Shown here piece after piece: positions 57,329 through 61,676 of a DNA stretch of 61,676 nucleotides (within the stretch, counting starts at the first letter, position 1; each line of letters opens with the position of its first letter). The position numbers and the translations under genes were made by a program. The notes under the pieces were generated by a model. That model was not told where the DNA came from and searched no databases. It saw only the letters and a list, made by a program, of their open reading frames with translations. The DNA comes from Candidatus Saccharicenans sp. (lineage in GTDB: Bacteria; Acidobacteriota; Aminicenantia; Aminicenantales; Saccharicenantaceae): positions 1 through 61,676 of the forward strand of contig JARYMJ010000007.1 in assembly GCA_029907135.1 (NCBI GenBank), given 5' to 3'.

Positions 57329-60300
57329 ATGGTAAGGGAGATAATGAAAAAAGGCTCTGTTTTTTTCATGATCTGGGCACTGTTTTTTTTGTTGGCCGGA
57401 CCTATTTCAGAGGCTCAATCACCATTTGAGTCCATTCGGTTAGATGAGATAAAAACGGCCCGCCTTTCTTCAGCCAGGATTCCTGGTTCCAGTCTAACAC
57501 CAAATACTGTCATTCTCTTCAGCACGAGCGAAGGGCGCTTTGGCAAGCTCCTCGTTAAATCCGGCGACTACAACTTGACGTTGGCCTGGGTCACCTTCAA
57601 GGCCGACGGCACAATCTATTCGCGAGGAGACAACCTAACTATCCGAGGTACATTTACCTGCGACCTGGATTCCGGCCAAGAAACTCGGACTTCGGCTGAT
57701 TTCTGGTGGCAAATTTCATCTCAGACAGAAAAGTACCTAACGCCTCAGAATGGAGCTGCTTTTGCCATATATACGCCGCCGGCCACAACTGCCAAAGAAG
57801 CTATCTCTGGCCAAATTCCCAGCACCCAGAGAATAGATACTTCAAGCACCAGGACTGAGTCTGCTAAGCAAACTCAAATTAAGGATAAGCTATCACAGAT
57901 TCTTAAGAAGGCAGAAAAGCCCAGCCCCGGACAGTTCACCCCTGGCTCTGGAGAACCACCGGCTTCTTTTCAGAAGGTCAGGTATAGATTTAAGAGCAAC
58001 GTGCAAGTTATAAAGGCTAATTTTCAAGAGACTTTGAAAGTTTATGAGGAAATCACTCAGCGCCGTAGTGTCTCGGCTGTTCCATCCATTAAACTTATGC
58101 AGGGCGCTCTAGTGGAGTCACAGTTGCTTGAGAAAAGCTTAACTCGAACTTCTGAAGCTGGTTCCATAATCTATGATGAATCTACTAAACTGGCAGGCAA
58201 AATAGTGAGTAAATCAATTATCCAGAGCAGAGAATATTATATTCTAACCCGCCCCCAGATCCATGAAGTTTTAGAGGAATTTGAAATTCCAGAGCAGACG
58301 GTTACCCTGACCAGCGGCAACATCACCCCTTTAACCCCGAGCAATGTTAGATTTATATATTCCAAATCTACAACTTCCGGCCCTGCTATTAGCCCTTATA
58401 GTGGATACAACTGGCATATCCGGAATCCTTGGCTGAAGATGGAGTTTGAAGGTGTGCCCCTTGTGGCCTATGGTGCCGCGGGAGCCAGAATCAACGTTAC
58501 GCTGACGGGGCACATTGGTCTTACTCCGATTGGCGTAAGGGCCAAGTGGAGCGCATTCAGCGGTTATGAACTAAGTTTGGGCGCTGGAGAAGAGATCAAC
58601 CTCAAAGTTAAAGTGGCCATGAATATCAAGCAGGATCTGATGATTCCATTATTTGCTATTGATATCCCAGCAGGGATAGCCAATGTGCGCGGGGGAGTTT
58701 ACCTTCTTGTCGGAGTGGATGGCCAGTTCACCCTGGTGACTGAGGCGACCGAATGGTTGGAAGCAACCGCCGGCGTCAGGGGCGGCACATTCCTCTGGAT
58801 ACCGACTGGCTTCAAAACTTTTTATAGCCTAAATAAAGGATTTGAGGCCGATGCCCATTTCCTGGGGCAGTTGAAGGGCTATGTGAAAGCTGGGCCGCTA
58901 CTTGACCTGGACATTCTTGGCTGGTCTCTGGTAGGAGCTGGCTTTACGGTTGGTTTAGGTCTTGATTCCCAGACCTTCGGTTCCCTTAGCGAGGCCATGC
59001 TGGACGTGCAAATCTATGGATCGATTGAGTTGTATGTTTCGCTTTTCAAACACCGTCTGAATATTATCAACAACAAATACAATCTCTATCATTTTCAAAA
59101 ACCTGACTCCCAGGGGTATGACGTAAGATATTATGAGGTTTGTGCCTGGCGCGGCTCAATATGGGGGAATATAAAAAAGGAACAAAATGGAGAAATGGTG
59201 GCAGTCCAGGAACCCTTGGTGCTTGAAGTCAAGAGAAATGATCAGGTAATTGGGAGACTGCAAGCCCCACCAGATTCCAGTGGTGATTTTCAGGTTAGCG
59301 TCAATTTTCCTCTTTACCAAGGCGACAGGGTCAGGGTAATAAAGGTTGGGGTAAAAGATATCAACTCGGCATCAGTTAATCCAACTATTCCTTTCAGTGA
59401 CATCAGGCTAGACTATGCTGATTTCTTCAACGATAGGGCTATTGGTCAGGTATCGGCAGCTAAGGTTAAAAACTGGAAGACCGGTCAATGGGAATATGTT
59501 AACTACACTGGAAATATTAGATTCAATAACGGGGCTATGACCAGCTGTGATAATGAGGGCAATTTTACTTTAAACTATGACTTCAAGCCTGGGCAGAATG
59601 TTGCGGCCAGCATTGAATACAATGGATTCAGTGTAACTTCTCCTGGGATAACGACGGATACGGCTCTGCTTGGTTGGCGGGTGTTGGAGAGTAGCGAATT
59701 ATCAGAATATACTGATAGCTCAGGTCGGGCGGTTGAAAAACGGTTGGAGAAGGAACATTTTTATGTTACCAATCTAAGGGGAGACAAACAATTCCTTGAA
59801 CCGGCAACTTATTACGCCAGTTACTTTTTTAGCCCGCCGCTGTCTCGCGTTTTTGAGTATTTTTCAGGAAGGCCGATTATCCAGCCGGTTCTTTTAGGCG
59901 AACGACTTAATAATTTTCGGTTTGCTCCGAAAGGAATTGGGGCCTCAGAGATACAGGCAGACTTTATCGAAGAATGGGGCTGGAAGCCGGGCAGCGGTGG
60001 AGAGGTTGGCCTGGAGAAGGCAGCCAGGATAAATAATCAGCTATCCCAGGTTACCACTACCTCCGCGGCCGGGCTCAGGGTATCATCCCAGCCCTGCTTC
60101 AGGTATGATGCGGACAAAACTCGCGCCCAAGGAGATCCAGTGAATGAGGGAATCAGGAGCCTACTAAGAAAAGGATACTTGGTCGGCGTTTACGAGGGTG
60201 CTGAGATTGAGATAAGAGACCAGGAACAAACTCGAGGCCATGAACAGCCCCGCACGGGAGTGAATCCGGGAGAACAAGAACTTCTTGACCGGATAAATAG

Positions 60301-60400
60301 CCGAATTAATCCAGCGCGCCTTTCTAAAATTGACCCGGTCTCCAGCCGGATTACGGTTCCGCTTAATCAAATCCGGATTCAGCGTGAGGTCCGCCGATGA
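57329..60400 (+). CDS. Large secreted beta-rich protein of unknown function
   Basis: Single ~1020-aa ORF, signal peptide ending ..PISEA-Q, GAGGAGG SD before ATG 57329; AT-richer codon usage. Confidence 0.85.
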   Translation: MVREIMKKGSVFFMIWALFFLLAGPISEAQSPFESIRLDEIKTARLSSARIPGSSLTPNTVILFSTSEGRFGKLLVKSGDYNLTLAWVTFKADGTIYSRGDNLTIRGTFTCDLDSGQETRTSADFWWQISSQTEKYLTPQNGAAFAIYTPPATTAKEAISGQIPSTQRIDTSSTRTESAKQTQIKDKLSQILKKAEKPSPGQFTPGSGEPPASFQKVRYRFKSNVQVIKANFQETLKVYEEITQRRSVSAVPSIKLMQGALVESQLLEKSLTRTSEAGSIIYDESTKLAGKIVSKSIIQSREYYILTRPQIHEVLEEFEIPEQTVTLTSGNITPLTPSNVRFIYSKSTTSGPAISPYSGYNWHIRNPWLKMEFEGVPLVAYGAAGARINVTLTGHIGLTPIGVRAKWSAFSGYELSLGAGEEINLKVKVAMNIKQDLMIPLFAIDIPAGIANVRGGVYLLVGVDGQFTLVTEATEWLEATAGVRGGTFLWIPTGFKTFYSLNKGFEADAHFLGQLKGYVKAGPLLDLDILGWSLVGAGFTVGLGLDSQTFGSLSEAMLDVQIYGSIELYVSLFKHRLNIINNKYNLYHFQKPDSQGYDVRYYEVCAWRGSIWGNIKKEQNGEMVAVQEPLVLEVKRNDQVIGRLQAPPDSSGDFQVSVNFPLYQGDRVRVIKVGVKDINSASVNPTIPFSDIRLDYADFFNDRAIGQVSAAKVKNWKTGQWEYVNYTGNIRFNNGAMTSCDNEGNFTLNYDFKPGQNVAASIEYNGFSVTSPGITTDTALLGWRVLESSELSEYTDSSGRAVEKRLEKEHFYVTNLRGDKQFLEPATYYASYFFSPPLSRVFEYFSGRPIIQPVLLGERLNNFRFAPKGIGASEIQADFIEEWGWKPGSGGEVGLEKAARINNQLSQVTTTSAAGLRVSSQPCFRYDADKTRAQGDPVNEGIRSLLRKGYLVGVYEGAEIEIRDQEQTRGHEQPRTGVNPGEQELLDRINSRINPARLSKIDPVSSRITVPLNQIRIQREVRR

Positions 60401-60456
60401 CTTGGAAGTCGCGCCTCTTGAAACTGTATTTTGCCAAAAATCTGGGAGAATTTTGT

Positions 60457-61311
60457 TTATTGCTTTACTAGTTCGACTCTTCGATTTTTAGCTCGGCCTT
60501 CTTCGGTCTCATTTGAAGTAACTGGCGCCAAGCAGGCCAGGCCGAAAGCTTTCAGCCGGTCGGGAGAAATGCCGTACTTGGTGGTAAGCTCCCTGACCAC
60601 GGCTTCGGCCCTAGCCATTGATAATTTCATGTTGTAATCCAAGCTACCCACGTTGTCGGTATGGCCAACCACATAGAGTTTTAAGTCCTTATTTTCCCGG
60701 AGAAGCCGGGCTATTTCCCTAAGGGCGGGTTCTGATTCGGGTTTTATGTCAGCTTTGTCAAAATCAAAATAGATACCGTAAACTGAAGCATGGCCCGCAG
60801 TCTGAAGGTCATTCATCAAACTTTCAGCCTTAACTGTTACTTCTTGAGTCATTAACTTTTCTTCAACGATCCGAAGCAGATAAGAGGCCCCCTTGCCGCC
60901 GCCAGACCAGGAATCAACATAAATCCAGTATCTTTGGCCGCCTTTTTCAAGCCTCAACCAGATTTCATAGTTTCCCTCTTGATATAGTTTTAGGCCCCCG
61001 GCGTTTTTAACGGCGGTTTCATAGTTTCTGAGCACCTGCAAAGCGCTCGGTGGGGTGAAACCGCTCTTAATAGCATAACTGATTTCAGTTACTTTTCCTT
61101 CAACTGTAATTTTTTCTCCCTTTTCATTTTTGAAATCAACAGCATCGAAATCACTTGCCTTACACCATTGAATGTAAAAATTGTTCATCCTGGTAATTAA
61201 GGGATGGTCTCTGCAGCCTTCATGGTCTTCCTGAGCTAAACCTGAGCCAAAGAGAACAAATAAGAAAAAGAAAGGAACCAGGGAAAACATTTGGAAATGC
61301 TTTTTGCTCAT
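60457..61311 (-). CDS. OmpA-family peptidoglycan-binding protein (DUF4892-like N-terminus)
   Basis: Signal peptide, DHPLITRM, SALQVLRNYE, YGIYFDFDKA, VVGHTDNVG, NMKLSMARAEAV, NRRVEL. Confidence 0.92.
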   Translation of the reverse strand: MSKKHFQMFSLVPFFFLFVLFGSGLAQEDHEGCRDHPLITRMNNFYIQWCKASDFDAVDFKNEKGEKITVEGKVTEISYAIKSGFTPPSALQVLRNYETAVKNAGGLKLYQEGNYEIWLRLEKGGQRYWIYVDSWSGGGKGASYLLRIVEEKLMTQEVTVKAESLMNDLQTAGHASVYGIYFDFDKADIKPESEPALREIARLLRENKDLKLYVVGHTDNVGSLDYNMKLSMARAEAVVRELTTKYGISPDRLKAFGLACLAPVTSNETEEGRAKNRRVELVKQ

Positions 61312-61463
61312 CGCCCCTCCTTTCCTTAAGGCAAATAAAATTATTAAACTATTTAAGCCAGGCGGAAGGGACTATAAAGGGTGCTCTTCACCTCACGTCC
61401 CATTTTTTATCAACTGTGCATAAATAAATATATCAATCCCTGATTTTCGTTTCAAGCCTATAA

Positions 61464-61494
61464 AAGAGGGGACACCTGTCAGGTGTCTCCTCTT
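61464..61494. repeat. Single REP-like palindrome, copy 3
   Basis: AAGAGGGGACACCTG-T-CAGGTGTCTCCTCTT. Confidence 0.85.
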
Positions 61495-61676
61495 AGGACT
61501 CCTCAGCCAAAAGTGTGATTTCAGAAGCTAAAATTATATCTAAACCTTCTCTCCTGTTCTATTAAAATTGCCTATCTTTAAGGGAAAATTGAATTTTTAA
61601 TTAATCCCGGTCGTCTTGCTGGGCCATGTCAAGATTTGTTCGCAATTTGGCCATCGTAATTTCTCCACTTTAAGCC

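Noticed and set aside
46879-61494. Palindromic repeats as a CRISPR array or integron attC sites
   Set aside because: Copies are kilobases apart, the spacer between paired palindromes is conserved rather than unique, and there is no cas or intI gene and no attC core boxes.

Overview
A 61.7-kb chromosomal window from a moderately GC-rich anaerobic diderm bacterium. The gene content (Acidobacteria-type VWA protein, PDZ sensor kinase, cohesin-tailed secretin) suggests Acidobacteriota/Ca. Aminicenantia; this is inference. From left to right: (1) a housekeeping block (OPT transporter, ppiD/surA-like, HIT, IHF/HU, rpsA, ispH, scpB, scpA, trpS, M50 protease) with a structured ~170-nt ncRNA candidate; (2) a HydC/HydB/truncated-HydA-like (NuoEFG/Bfu-type) module co-transcribed with a stand-alone FMN glutamate-synthase-family protein; (3) a UroD-family gene, glnA, lrp and speD; (4) an M1 peptidase with a candidate sigma54 promoter facing a PDZ-kinase/NtrC pair; (5) an XRE regulator with a catalytically dead ImmA domain upstream of an ARPP-1/DUF6569 gene; (6) a T4P/T2SS assembly operon; (7) MoaD, a 484-bp element with inverted-repeat ends, a B12 radical SAM, a VWA protein and a PAS kinase; (8) a methylaspartate glutamate-fermentation operon with four reading-frame or start lesions, bracketed by ~80-bp palindromic direct repeats; (9) an AT-richer pair of genes (large secreted protein and OmpA). 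No CRISPR array, tRNA, rRNA, integrase or reverse transcriptase was recognised. Best candidates for something new are the putative electron-bifurcating 'GltB2-Bfu' complex, the repeat-bracketed decaying glm operon with its uncharacterised accessory genes, and the pseudo-ImmA/ARPP-1 module. All family assignments come from motif recognition, not database searches.
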